This document shows positions 1 to 9,541 of a stretch of 26,481 nucleotides of DNA, piece after piece. Both the position numbers and the translations under genes were made by a program. The notes beneath the pieces were generated by a model that was not told where the DNA came from, did no database searches, and worked only from the letters and a program-made list of their open reading frames with translations. How positions within the stretch are numbered: position 1 is the stretch's first letter; each line of letters starts with the position of its first letter. Origin of the DNA: an uncultured Mageeibacillus sp. (lineage in GTDB: Bacteria; Bacillota; Clostridia; Saccharofermentanales; DTU023); the NCBI GenBank assembly GCA_964630605.1, contig CAZVVR010000001.1, forward strand, positions 1-26,481, in the 5' to 3' direction.

Positions 1-159
1 CGCTTCTTTGGCCGCAAAACGGCCGGCCAGCCGCTGCATTGATCCCTGACATACATCTAGTTCTGCCGGAGTGAAAACGCGCTCTAAAAAACGCTGGCCG
101 CTTCGTTCAACAGCTCGCTTTATACGTTTTACCTGAACAATATCGATACCGCAGCGCAT
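1..159 (-). CDS. acpS: Holo-[acyl-carrier-protein] synthase AcpS, 5' part (runs off window edge)
   Basis: Manual translation from ATG at 159: [53 protein letters not shown]. Contains the GIDIV, F-x-x-R-x-FT-x-x-E and [10 protein letters not shown] motifs of AcpS. SD-like AAGGGGTGG upstream. Not in the ORF track. Confidence 0.92.
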   Translation of the reverse strand, partial: MRCGIDIVQVKRIKRAVERSGQRFLERVFTPAELDVCQGSMQRLAGRFAAKEA

Positions 160-177
160 GTTTTTCCACCCCTTACT

Positions 178-1200
178 CTAAGACTTTTGCTGACTTTCAT
201 CACGCAATTTAAGCCGAATGTCACCAGCGGGAAAACGATAAAATATATAGTTACCCATCAGCCTGCTGTAAGTGCGCTTGTCATAGGTGGCACGCAGATC
301 CGCATCACTCAGATTGGTAGCTATTATGCTGTGCAATGATTTATGTAAACGCGTATCCAGCAAAGTTAAAAAATCCGAAGTGTTGGCCTCTACCGTCCAG
401 CTGGCGCTGATCTCACTGCCCAGATCATCTAGTAACAGCAGGTCAACAGACATAAGAGCGTCGGTCAAAAGTTCCATTTCCTCATACTGGGCCCGGTCAG
501 GGTTATAAGACTGATGCAGTTTGGTCATTCTTTTCAGCCAGTCAAAAACAATCGGTGCTGTCAAATAGATGACGGTATAGCCCTGGCTTAGCACTTCACG
601 TCCAATTGCTTGCATCAGAAAGGTTTTTCCCGTTCCTGTTTCACCGGAAAAAAGCAAGTTCTGATCCTGAACCTGAGAAAAATGCCGGGTATAAAATACA
701 GTCACGTCCCGCAAATCCCGCATGCGGTCCCGGGCAGATTGTTCACCTTCGTTTTTTTGATCAGAAAACAGATTTAAATTAAAATTAGAAAACTTGGCCT
801 TGTCCTGAAAAGGAATCGGCAGATATTTGGTAATTTCCTTTTGAAATAAAAGTCTGCGGCAGGGACACCACTCACCCGTGTCCAGGCTGCCGGTATCATT
901 GCAAAGCGAACAAAGATATTCCGGGCTGTCGTAATCAGCTGCAATACCGTGAGTTTCCAAAAATTCCTTGCGCTCGTGTATAGTACTTTTAAGGCAAAGG
1001 TTATCGCAATCTTCTCCTAAAAAACGGAAAAGTTCAGATATTCCGGCCTGCTGTATTTTGCTGTCCATAGCTTTCAGATCCGGATATTCCCGGTAAAGCT
1101 GAGACCGTTTCATCTCACAGCGCTTCTCCGCCAGTAGGCGGCGCTGAGAATATAGGGCCGCTAAATCTCTGTTAATGCGTTTTTCCAGTTGCGACATCAA
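178..1200 (-). CDS. dnaC: DnaC/DnaI-like replicative helicase loader (AAA+ ATPase)
   Basis: Zn-finger-like CSLCNDTG..CPC, Walker A GETGTGKT, Walker B LLLLDDLGSE, IIATNLS and RTYSRL motifs. Directly downstream of a DnaD-domain gene. Start is TTG 1200 or ATG 1197. Confidence 0.8.
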   Translation of the reverse strand: MMSQLEKRINRDLAALYSQRRLLAEKRCEMKRSQLYREYPDLKAMDSKIQQAGISELFRFLGEDCDNLCLKSTIHERKEFLETHGIAADYDSPEYLCSLCNDTGSLDTGEWCPCRRLLFQKEITKYLPIPFQDKAKFSNFNLNLFSDQKNEGEQSARDRMRDLRDVTVFYTRHFSQVQDQNLLFSGETGTGKTFLMQAIGREVLSQGYTVIYLTAPIVFDWLKRMTKLHQSYNPDRAQYEEMELLTDALMSVDLLLLDDLGSEISASWTVEANTSDFLTLLDTRLHKSLHSIIATNLSDADLRATYDKRTYSRLMGNYIFYRFPAGDIRLKLRDESQQKS

Positions 1201-1201
1201 T

Positions 1202-2230
1202 CTATTTCCCTTCTGCAGCAGATTCCTCAGAATTTTTCAGACGGGGCCGGGTAATACGCCGGGCCAATTCCTGGCTAATCTGCTCTACTTGTGTCTCACT
1301 TTCATCGCTCATCGTAAAATCGCCGCTGACTTTTTTCTGGCCATTTTTCTTAGCAGCAGCTCGTCTCTGCTGATATTTTTGTTCGTAATCGTGAATCTCA
1401 TCGATCGTCTGCAAACCTGCATCATGCCATTCACTTAGGATGGAATCAAGATACTTGACGCTGGGATTGCTGGCTCCGGTCAGCTTTTTCAAAGCTTGCT
1501 CTACAATTAGTTCCCCGTAACCGTATTCATCCATCCATTTAACGATCTGAATATTATCCGGTTCGGACAAACGTCTTCTCAGGTTTTTGGCCACCAGAGA
1601 CTGCAGTTGTTTCTTTTCTAAAAAGCGTTCATAGTAAACGCTCAGCTGATCGTAATTTTTCACTCCTGCCTGCGACCAGTCTTCTGCTATGCGCCTGATG
1701 TAGGCAGTAGTGCGTAAGGCACTTGCATTGGCAGCTTCCTGAAAAAGTGAATACATCACAGACGGTTCGAAATTGTAATGGACAAACCAATAGTCGATCA
1801 GCTCATACCAGGTATAGGTCATTGTACCCTGAAAAAACGTCATGTTTATTTCATTAATAATTTGTTCGCGATCCTGATATTCCTGCTCACGCTCAATAAT
1901 ATCAGTGGGTGGCGCTGTTTCCTTAGGACGGAAACGGCGCTCCAGCTCTTTGGCCTTGATATCTTCCAGTCGGATATCATGTTGGCTGATGTGGATCAGG
2001 CCTTCGGTTTGCAGCTGTTGCAACAGCTGGTCTACTTTCTTACTGGTAAAACCGAGCCTCGCCGCCATATCATCTGAGGTTATTGTGCGCGAGCCATTTT
2101 CAGCCACACTCAAAAGTAACAAATAACACTTTACTGCGTCTCCATCAAGTTTAGCCATGAAATCATGAATAAACAGATCGGAAACTGCTGTGTCACTAAA
2201 GGTTGAGTTGCGGTTATGGATTATACGCAA
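1202..2230 (-). CDS. dnaD: DnaD/DnaB-domain replication initiation protein
   Basis: N-terminal 'SDLFIHDFMAKLDGDAVKCYLLL' winged-helix segment and two DnaD-type C-terminal repeats (YIRRIAEDWSQAGV; YLDSILSEWHDAGL). TTG start preceded by AAGGAG. Confidence 0.85.
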   Translation of the reverse strand: MRIIHNRNSTFSDTAVSDLFIHDFMAKLDGDAVKCYLLLLSVAENGSRTITSDDMAARLGFTSKKVDQLLQQLQTEGLIHISQHDIRLEDIKAKELERRFRPKETAPPTDIIEREQEYQDREQIINEINMTFFQGTMTYTWYELIDYWFVHYNFEPSVMYSLFQEAANASALRTTAYIRRIAEDWSQAGVKNYDQLSVYYERFLEKKQLQSLVAKNLRRRLSEPDNIQIVKWMDEYGYGELIVEQALKKLTGASNPSVKYLDSILSEWHDAGLQTIDEIHDYEQKYQQRRAAAKKNGQKKVSGDFTMSDESETQVEQISQELARRITRPRLKNSEESAAEGK

Positions 2231-2250
2231 TGTAATTCTCCTTGCCTGCG

Positions 2251-2281
2251 AAACAGAGAGCCGGATGATCCGGCTCTCTGT
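2251..2281 (-). terminator. Probable intrinsic terminator after nifJ
   Basis: Perfect 13-bp inverted repeat ACAGAGAGCCGGA-tga-TCCGGCTCTCTGT (2253-2281). Only a short T tract follows on the minus strand (TGTTTC). Confidence 0.7.
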
Positions 2282-2314
2282 AATCTTATCAAATACAACT
2301 GGTCTGCTACAAGC

Positions 2315-5300
2315 TTACTCTTCTGCTGCCGCCAGACGTTGGTAGGTTTTATATCGGCGATCTGCTGCATCACGTGCTTTGGCAAAGATTTCGTCCACCT
2401 TTTCCGGACTGTACTTTTGAGACAAAGAGGTATAACGCACCTCTCCCTTGAGGAATTCGGTGTAATCACGTTTCGGCTCTCTGGAGTCAAGAACAAAGGG
2501 GTTTTTGCCTTCCGCTTCCAGGTCAGGATTAAAGCGGTAAAGATGCCAATAACCGGTTTCAACTGCATCCTTTTCACGCTGCTGTGAAAGAACCATGCCG
2601 CCGCGAATGCCGTGGTTGATGCAGGGTGCATAAGCGATAACCAATGAAGGTCCATCATACTCTTCTGCTTCCCGCAAAGCTTTCAGGGTCTGGTTATAAT
2701 TTGCTCCCATTGATATCTGTGCTACGTAAACGTAACCATAGGACATTGCCATTAATCCCAGATCTTTTTTCTGACGTTCTTTACCACCGGCAGCAAATTG
2801 GGCCACAGCACCTAAAGGCGTAGCCTTGGAAGCCTGTCCACCGGTATTCGAATATACTTCCGTATCCAAAACCAGAACATTAACGTCTTCACCGCTGGCC
2901 AGAACGTGATCTAAACCGCCAAAGCCAATATCGTAGGCCCAGCCATCGCCACCTATAATCCACTGGGAACGCAGCATCAGGTAGTCGGATAGATCAGACA
3001 GATGTTTACAGGCTTCTCCGGCTTCACCACTTAATTTACAGTTTTTCAAAACCTGAGTCAGTTTATCTGAAACTTCACGTGAGCGTTCCCTGTCCTGGGA
3101 AAACTCATTAAAGTCTGCCAGGGCCTGGCTTAAATCAGCTGGCAGATCTTCGAATTTTTCGAGATCTTTTACCAACTGCAAAGCCCGGTTGCGAATCTGA
3201 TTATAACCCAGATACATACCAAATCCATATTCTGCATTATCTTCAAATAAAGAGTTAGCCCAGGAAGGACCATGACCGTCCCGGTTGGGACAATAAGGCA
3301 TTGAGGGCGCAGATCCACCCCAGATTGAAGTACAACCTGTAGCGTTAGCAATCATCATGCGGTCACCAAAAAGCTGAGTGGCAAGTTTAACATAGGGAGT
3401 CTCGCCACAACCGGCACAGGCACCGGAGAACTCGAGCAACGGTTCTTCAAACTGGCTGCCTTTGACGCTGAATTTTTTCAGAGGATTCTCTTTTCGTGAA
3501 ATCGTCATCGAGTAATCCCAGTTTTCAGCCTGGTGCATCTGATCTGCAAGTGGCTCCATAACTAAAGCCTTTTCCTTAGATGGGCAAACTTCAGCACAGT
3601 TACCACAGCCGGTGCAATCAAGAGCTGACGGCTGGATACGGAACTGATACTGATCATACTGTCTCATTCCGGTAATAGTCTCATAGTCTTCCGGAGCATT
3701 TGCCTTTTCTTCTTCGGTCAGCAGGAAAGGTCTGATAACTGCGTGCGGACAAACATAGGAGCACTGGTTGCACTGGATACAATTTTCGGGAATCCAGCGG
3801 GGGATATTAAAGGCTATTCCGCGTTTTTCATAACGGGAAGTACCTTGAGGGAAAGTTCCGTCCACATGATCGACAAAGGCCGACACCGGCAGCGAGTCAC
3901 CTTCCTGCCTGTTCATAACATCCGCGATATCAGTTATGAAATCAGGGGCATCACGCTCAATTTCAGCTTTGTCTTCAGCCTTGTTCCAGCTCTCAGGTAC
4001 TTCGACCTTTCTCAACTGAGAAATACCGGCGTCTACCGCATTGTAGTTCATCCTAACGATGTCTTCGCCTCTATTGCCATAAGAGCTAACAATAGCTTGT
4101 TTCATATAGGTAACCGCGTCATCAACCGGAATTACTTTACTTATTTTGAAAAAAGCAGCCTGGCAGATGGTATTGATGCGTCCGCCCAGCCCCAGTTCTT
4201 CAGCGATGGTGGCAGCATCAATAACATAGAATTCGGCGTTACGTTCTGCTAAAGCACGTTTAATCGATGCAGGAAGTTTTGCTTCGATTTCCTCATCGCT
4301 CCAGGCAATGTTAAGCAGAAATGATCCGCCTTTTTTTAAAGGAGCCAGCATATCATAAGTGTAAATATAAGCAGGCGTGTGGCAGGCGACAAAATCGGCT
4401 GTATGCACTAAATAAGGTGCACGGATCGGTTTTTTGCCAAAGCGCAGGTCGGAAATAGTCACGCCTCCGGATTTTTTGGAGTCATAAGAGAAATACGCCT
4501 GGGCATACTGGTCTGTATGATCACCGATTATCTTGATGGAGTTTTTATTTGCACCAACTGTTCCGTCAGAGCCCAGACCCCAAAAACGCGCCTGGAAAGT
4601 ATCTTTGTCAGTTACATCAACTGCTTCTTCTTCAGGTAAAGAAAGATAGCTGACATCGTCAACAATGCCAATGGTGAAATTGGTTTTGGGTTCGGGCAGT
4701 TTCAAATTGTCAAACACCGATATTATCTGTGAGGGTGTTGTGTTTTTTGAACCTAAGCCATAACGTCCGCCCACAATTTCAACCTCAGGACGTGTGTGGC
4801 AGAGAGCCTTGACTACGTCAAGATAAAGTGGTTCACCGGTGGAGCCGGATTCTTTGGTACGATCCAGGACTGCAATGCGCTTGACTGATTCAGGAATTGA
4901 CCCCAGCAGCAAAGCATCGACAAAGGGACGGTAAAGATGAACATGCAGTACTCCGGTCTTTCTTCCCCGGCTATTCAGGAAATCTACAGTTTCACAAGCT
5001 GTACCATAAACGGAACCCATGCAAATAATAATTTCTTCCGCATCGGAAGCACCGTAGTAAGAAAAAGGTTTATAGTGGCGGCCGGTAATTTTGCCGTATT
5101 CGTCCATGTAATGTTCGACAATGGACGGCAGTACTTCATAGTAAGTATTGGAAGCTTCTTTCTGCTGGAAAAATATATCCGGGTTCTGAGCCGTGCCCCG
5201 CAAGCTAGGGGCATTAGGAGTAAGCCCGCGATCGCGGAAAGCCTGAACTGCATCCATATCAACCAGTCCTGCTACATCTTCGTAGTCATAGACTTCAATT

Positions 5301-5851
5301 TTCTGAATCTCATGCGAGGTGCGGAAGCCGTCAAAAAAATGTAAAAAAGGAACACGCCCCCTGATAGCTGCCAGGTGAGCGATAACCGCCATATCCAGTG
5401 ATTCCTGAACGCTTGAAGACGCCAAAAGGGCGAATCCGGTCTGGCGCGCAGCCATAACGTCACTGTGGTCACCGAAAATCGACAAAGCATGAGCAGCGAT
5501 TGAACGGGCCGATACGTGAAAAACGGCAGGTAAAAGCTCACCGGCCATTTTATACATATTGGGCACCATCAAAAGCAGCCCCTGTGAAGCTGTATAAGTT
5601 GTCGTTAATGCTCCGGTCGCCAGAGAACCGTGAACGACTCCCGCAGCTCCCCCCTCGGATTGCATTTCGATAACATTGACCGTCTGGCCAAAAACATTTT
5701 TGCGTCCCTGCTGTGACCACTTGTCGACCAAGTCAGCCATGCTGGAAGACGGTGTAATTGGGTATATACCTGCAACTTCAGTAAACGCGTAAGATGAATA
5801 CGCAGCTGCTTCGTTGCCATCCATTGTCATAAATTGTTTGTCTTTATGCAT
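2315..5851 (-). CDS. nifJ: Pyruvate:ferredoxin/flavodoxin oxidoreductase (single-chain PFOR)
   Basis: 1178 aa. MDGNEAAA, YPITPSS, two ferredoxin motifs (CIQCNQCSYVCP, CTGCGNCAEVCP), GACAGCGETPY and TPP-binding GGDGWAYDIG..N. SD AAGGAG. Confidence 0.97.
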   Translation of the reverse strand: MHKDKQFMTMDGNEAAAYSSYAFTEVAGIYPITPSSSMADLVDKWSQQGRKNVFGQTVNVIEMQSEGGAAGVVHGSLATGALTTTYTASQGLLLMVPNMYKMAGELLPAVFHVSARSIAAHALSIFGDHSDVMAARQTGFALLASSSVQESLDMAVIAHLAAIRGRVPFLHFFDGFRTSHEIQKIEVYDYEDVAGLVDMDAVQAFRDRGLTPNAPSLRGTAQNPDIFFQQKEASNTYYEVLPSIVEHYMDEYGKITGRHYKPFSYYGASDAEEIIICMGSVYGTACETVDFLNSRGRKTGVLHVHLYRPFVDALLLGSIPESVKRIAVLDRTKESGSTGEPLYLDVVKALCHTRPEVEIVGGRYGLGSKNTTPSQIISVFDNLKLPEPKTNFTIGIVDDVSYLSLPEEEAVDVTDKDTFQARFWGLGSDGTVGANKNSIKIIGDHTDQYAQAYFSYDSKKSGGVTISDLRFGKKPIRAPYLVHTADFVACHTPAYIYTYDMLAPLKKGGSFLLNIAWSDEEIEAKLPASIKRALAERNAEFYVIDAATIAEELGLGGRINTICQAAFFKISKVIPVDDAVTYMKQAIVSSYGNRGEDIVRMNYNAVDAGISQLRKVEVPESWNKAEDKAEIERDAPDFITDIADVMNRQEGDSLPVSAFVDHVDGTFPQGTSRYEKRGIAFNIPRWIPENCIQCNQCSYVCPHAVIRPFLLTEEEKANAPEDYETITGMRQYDQYQFRIQPSALDCTGCGNCAEVCPSKEKALVMEPLADQMHQAENWDYSMTISRKENPLKKFSVKGSQFEEPLLEFSGACAGCGETPYVKLATQLFGDRMMIANATGCTSIWGGSAPSMPYCPNRDGHGPSWANSLFEDNAEYGFGMYLGYNQIRNRALQLVKDLEKFEDLPADLSQALADFNEFSQDRERSREVSDKLTQVLKNCKLSGEAGEACKHLSDLSDYLMLRSQWIIGGDGWAYDIGFGGLDHVLASGEDVNVLVLDTEVYSNTGGQASKATPLGAVAQFAAGGKERQKKDLGLMAMSYGYVYVAQISMGANYNQTLKALREAEEYDGPSLVIAYAPCINHGIRGGMVLSQQREKDAVETGYWHLYRFNPDLEAEGKNPFVLDSREPKRDYTEFLKGEVRYTSLSQKYSPEKVDEIFAKARDAADRRYKTYQRLAAAEE

Positions 5852-5902
5852 CTAAATCTCCTTATCCTAATGCAGGAAAGCCCTGCTTTTTTCCCCATGA
5901 AT

Positions 5903-5911
5903 ATTATAACA
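5903..5911 (-). promoter_or_regulatory. Extended -10 promoter element (TGnTATAAT) for nifJ
   Basis: Minus strand reads TGTTATAAT about 50 nt upstream of the nifJ ATG. No recognisable -35 at 17 bp. Confidence 0.55.
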
Positions 5912-5924
5912 CTTATTTTTGATC

Positions 5925-7487
5925 CTATTTTTCGATCAAAGACGTGCCTGTCATTGCTTCCGGTTGCTTCAGATTTGCTAATTCCAGTATTGTAGGAGCC
6001 AAATCAGCCAGCCTTCCGTCCCTAAGTTCAACCCCCTTGACTCCGGCCAGAATTAGCGGAACCGGATTACAGGTATGAGCAGTAAACGGTCCGGTATTTT
6101 CAAAGTCAATCATTGTTTCCGCATTGCCGTGATCAGCTGTAATCAAGGCTACCCCGCCTTGATCAAGGATCAGCGGCACCAGTTTTGCCAATGATTTATC
6201 AACTGTTTCGACTGCTTCGACAGTCGCTGAGAAAACACCGGTATGGCCAACCATGTCACAATTTGCATAATTCATAACAATCAGATCGTAAATCTTCTCC
6301 TCGACCAGTTGTGCCACAGCTGCTGTCAGCTCCGGTGCGCTCATTTCGGGTTGCAAGTCATAAGTTGCCACTTTAGGTGACTGAATAAGCAGGCGATCTT
6401 CTCCGGAAAAACTATCTTCACGGCCACCGTTAAAAAAGAAAGTCACATGTGCATATTTTTCCGTTTCGGCAGCACGCAGCTGCCTCAAATTTGCCCGGGA
6501 GAATATCTCTCCCAGACTTTCAGTGACATCCTCAGCTTCGAAAGCTATTTTTAAATTTCTATAATTATTAAATTGGTTGTCATATTCCGTCATGCTGACA
6601 TAATCCAGCTGACCAGGTTCCAGCACAGTAGTAAATTCGGCAAATTCCGGATCCATAAAAGCTCGCGTCAATTCCCGTGCCCTGTCCGGCCGGAAATTAA
6701 AGAAAATAAAGCTGTCTCCGGATTCCAACAAAGCAATGGGCCTGCCGGCTGCATCAGTTATTTGAGCAGGATGCAAAAACTCATCCGTAACCCCGTTAGC
6801 ATAAGATTGTCTGATATATTCGACGGCAGATTGACTGCTGGGTCCTTTATAATCAATATCGCTGATAGCTTGATAAGCTTTGTGCACCCGCTCCCAGCGC
6901 CGGTCACGATCCATCGCATAATAACGACCTGAAACGGATGCAATTTTCCCAATTTGATTCAGCTGAATAAAGGACTCCAGCGCTTTGGTATATTCCAGGC
7001 CGGATTCTGGTGCTGTATCGCGACCGTCGTAAAAAGCGTGGATATAAACTTTTTCCAGGTTCAGTGACTTTGCCATTTCCAGCAAGGCGAAAAGATGATT
7101 AATATGACTGTGCACTCCTCCGTCAGACAAAAGTCCGGCTAAATGCAGGGCCTTTCCCCGGTCACGGGCGGAAATCATGCTGTTTTTAAGCACTTCGTTT
7201 TCAAAAAAACTCTTATCATCAATTGCAAGGTTTATACGCATTAAATCCTGGTAAACAATCCGTCCCGCACCTATGTTGGTATGTCCTACTTCAGAGTTTC
7301 CCATCTGTCCTTCGGGCAGTCCGACATCAAGACCACTGGTATAAATCCTGCTGGATTTCCACTCGCTGAATAATTTATCCAAATAAGGAGTGTCAGCTGC
7401 TTTTACAGCGTTGCCTTCTGTTTCTTCGGATAAACCCCAGCCGTCAAGAATAATTAAGGCCAGAGGACGATATTTAAGCTCTGTCAT
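5925..7487 (-). CDS. gpmI: 2,3-bisphosphoglycerate-independent phosphoglycerate mutase
   Basis: LIILDGWG, GQMGNSEVGH, DGGVHSH, GRYYAMDRD, NFRPDRARE, AETEKYAHVTFF, DMVGHTG, TADHGNAE, TAHT. Start placed at ATG 7487 (SD GAAAGGA); the ORF track extends to 7514. Confidence 0.97.
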   Translation of the reverse strand: MTELKYRPLALIILDGWGLSEETEGNAVKAADTPYLDKLFSEWKSSRIYTSGLDVGLPEGQMGNSEVGHTNIGAGRIVYQDLMRINLAIDDKSFFENEVLKNSMISARDRGKALHLAGLLSDGGVHSHINHLFALLEMAKSLNLEKVYIHAFYDGRDTAPESGLEYTKALESFIQLNQIGKIASVSGRYYAMDRDRRWERVHKAYQAISDIDYKGPSSQSAVEYIRQSYANGVTDEFLHPAQITDAAGRPIALLESGDSFIFFNFRPDRARELTRAFMDPEFAEFTTVLEPGQLDYVSMTEYDNQFNNYRNLKIAFEAEDVTESLGEIFSRANLRQLRAAETEKYAHVTFFFNGGREDSFSGEDRLLIQSPKVATYDLQPEMSAPELTAAVAQLVEEKIYDLIVMNYANCDMVGHTGVFSATVEAVETVDKSLAKLVPLILDQGGVALITADHGNAETMIDFENTGPFTAHTCNPVPLILAGVKGVELRDGRLADLAPTILELANLKQPEAMTGTSLIEK

Positions 7488-7506
7488 ATAGTTCCTTTCA
7501 CCGTGA

Positions 7507-9450
7507 TCAGGCATTGGCGATTACATTAAAAGCGTCAGCCTTGAGTGATGCACCGCCCACCAAACCACCGTCGATCGACTCAGATGCAAAAAGTTCTGCT
7601 GCATTTTCTGCATTTACTGAACCACCGTAGAGAATCTGTACCCGCTCAACCCAGTTGGCAGGGTATTTCTTCCCGAGCAGTGAGCGAATGAAAGCACAAG
7701 CTTCTCCGGCCTGTTCTACCGTTGCGGTGCGTCCGGTGCCGATAGCCCAGATAGGCTCATAAGCCACTATTATCTGTACCAGTTTATCGGCTGTAACAAA
7801 TTCAAATGCAGATTCAATCTGACGAGTTAAAACTTCCTCAGTTTCTTCTGCTTCCCGCTCTTTTAATGACTCTCCGCAGCAGAGAATAGGACGCAAACCC
7901 CAGTTTAGGGCTGATCTCAGCATGATTTGCACGCGTTCATCAGATTCGTTGTCCATGGCACGACGCTCCGAATGTCCGATCAGCACATACGGGACATGCA
8001 TTTTTGCCAGAAAAGCCATTGACACATTTCCGGTATAAGCTCCGGAATCTACTTCATGTCCGGCTTGTGCAGCGATATGTATATTGCTGTAAGCACTGGC
8101 AGTCAAAGCTGCATCGAGTGCAGTAAATGGTGGAGCCACAATTATTTTGGCAGGGGCATCAGAAAGTTTATGCTTTAATTCTTCAATAAAAGCGACAGCC
8201 TCTGCCGGTACTCCCTTGTTCATTTTCCAGTTGCCGGCTGCAACCGTACGTCTGGGATCCAGATCCAACAAACAGTCCACTCCGGGCAGCACTCTGCCTT
8301 CAAGCAGTTCCAGTGATGCTCCGCCCCCGGTTGAAATATGTGTCATGCGTTCAGCATCACCGAATTGCCTGACCGCAGCAGCTGAATCTCCTCCGCCGAT
8401 AATGGTGACAGCATCTGACCGGGCCATGGCTGCGGAAATTGCTTTGGTTCCTTCTGCAAAGGCCGGGAATTCAAAGACCCCCATAGGTCCGTTCCAGACT
8501 ACGGTGCCGGATGATTCAATAATCTCAGCGAAAGCCTGACAGCTTTTAGGTCCTATATCCAATCCCTGCCAGTCTGCCGGAATCTCATCGCTGTTTACTG
8601 TGCGTTTTTCAGCATCAGGGGAAAATTCGCTGGCGATCACCGTATCCTGCGGCAAGCTAAGTCTGACGCCTTTTTCTTCAGCTTCAGCCATCAATTCCCG
8701 GGCCAGATCTATTTTGTCGTTTTCGAGCAAAGAATGACCGACTTCCAGACCTTTTGCAGCCATAAAAGTATAGGCCATGCCTCCGCCGAGAATCAGATTG
8801 TCTACTTTATTGAGCAGGTGCCTGATGACACCGATTTTATCCGATACTTTCGCTCCGCCCATCACTGCTGTGAAAGGTCTCTGCGGATCTTCGACAGCGC
8901 CGCCGATCATTTCCAGCTCACGCTGAATCAGATCACCGGAAACACCCGGCAAAAAGCTGGCGACTCCGGCCGTGGACGCATGAGCACGATGTGCTGTGCC
9001 GAATGCATCATTAACATATAAATCTGCCAGGGCTGCCAGGCTGCGGGCAAATTCAGGATCATTTTTTGTTTCTTCTTTATGAAAGCGCACATTCTCCAAC
9101 AACATAACCCGGCCATTTTCCAGAGCAGCAGATTTCTCTTTGGCATCAGCACCTATCACGTCCTGCGCCTGAACAACCTTTTGCTCTAACAGTTCAGAAA
9201 GACGTTGAGAGCAAACTGCTAAGGATAATTTGCTGTCAAAACCCCGGGGACGCCCCAGATGCGATACCAGGATCAGACAGGCACCACGGGACAAAAGCTT
9301 CTTGATCGTGGGCAAAGCAGCCACTATCCTCTGGTCATCCATAATTTCACCGCTGTTTTTGTCCAGAGGCACATTAAAGTCAACGCGCATTAAAACCCTC
9401 TTACCCTGAACATCAATATCGTCATGTGTCATTTTTTTGGCTTTTAACAT
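7507..9450 (-). CDS. pgk-tpiA: Bifunctional phosphoglycerate kinase / triosephosphate isomerase, in-frame fusion
   Basis: aa ~1-399 are PGK ([64 protein letters not shown]). aa ~401-647 are TIM ([35 protein letters not shown]). No stop or frame change at the junction. Confidence 0.96.
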   Translation of the reverse strand: MLKAKKMTHDDIDVQGKRVLMRVDFNVPLDKNSGEIMDDQRIVAALPTIKKLLSRGACLILVSHLGRPRGFDSKLSLAVCSQRLSELLEQKVVQAQDVIGADAKEKSAALENGRVMLLENVRFHKEETKNDPEFARSLAALADLYVNDAFGTAHRAHASTAGVASFLPGVSGDLIQRELEMIGGAVEDPQRPFTAVMGGAKVSDKIGVIRHLLNKVDNLILGGGMAYTFMAAKGLEVGHSLLENDKIDLARELMAEAEEKGVRLSLPQDTVIASEFSPDAEKRTVNSDEIPADWQGLDIGPKSCQAFAEIIESSGTVVWNGPMGVFEFPAFAEGTKAISAAMARSDAVTIIGGGDSAAAVRQFGDAERMTHISTGGGASLELLEGRVLPGVDCLLDLDPRRTVAAGNWKMNKGVPAEAVAFIEELKHKLSDAPAKIIVAPPFTALDAALTASAYSNIHIAAQAGHEVDSGAYTGNVSMAFLAKMHVPYVLIGHSERRAMDNESDERVQIMLRSALNWGLRPILCCGESLKEREAEETEEVLTRQIESAFEFVTADKLVQIIVAYEPIWAIGTGRTATVEQAGEACAFIRSLLGKKYPANWVERVQILYGGSVNAENAAELFASESIDGGLVGGASLKADAFNVIANA

Positions 9451-9541
9451 AATTTATCCTTTCGCATAGAAATATAATTTTCCGGTAATCTATGTTTTCT
9501 TAAATATTTTCCCATATAATTCGTAAATACATTATACAAAT

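Noticed and set aside
178-1200. IS21 IstB helper ATPase as an alternative call
   Set aside because: No IstA transposase or terminal repeats; the gene is paired with dnaD and has the loader-type N-terminal zinc motif.
2221-2658. 145-aa minus-strand ORF bridging nifJ and dnaD
   Set aside because: It is an alternative frame of the nifJ 3' end that runs through the terminator hairpin and has no protein-like motifs.
5872-5892. Plus-strand terminator-like GCAGG-aaagc-CCTGC-TTTTTT in the nifJ leader
   Set aside because: The stem is only 5 bp and there is no plus-strand gene to terminate. At most it is a 5' hairpin of the nifJ mRNA.
8240-8290. Thermotoga-style programmed frameshift between pgk and tpi
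   Set aside because: The frame is continuous, with no stop codon or slippery run at the junction.
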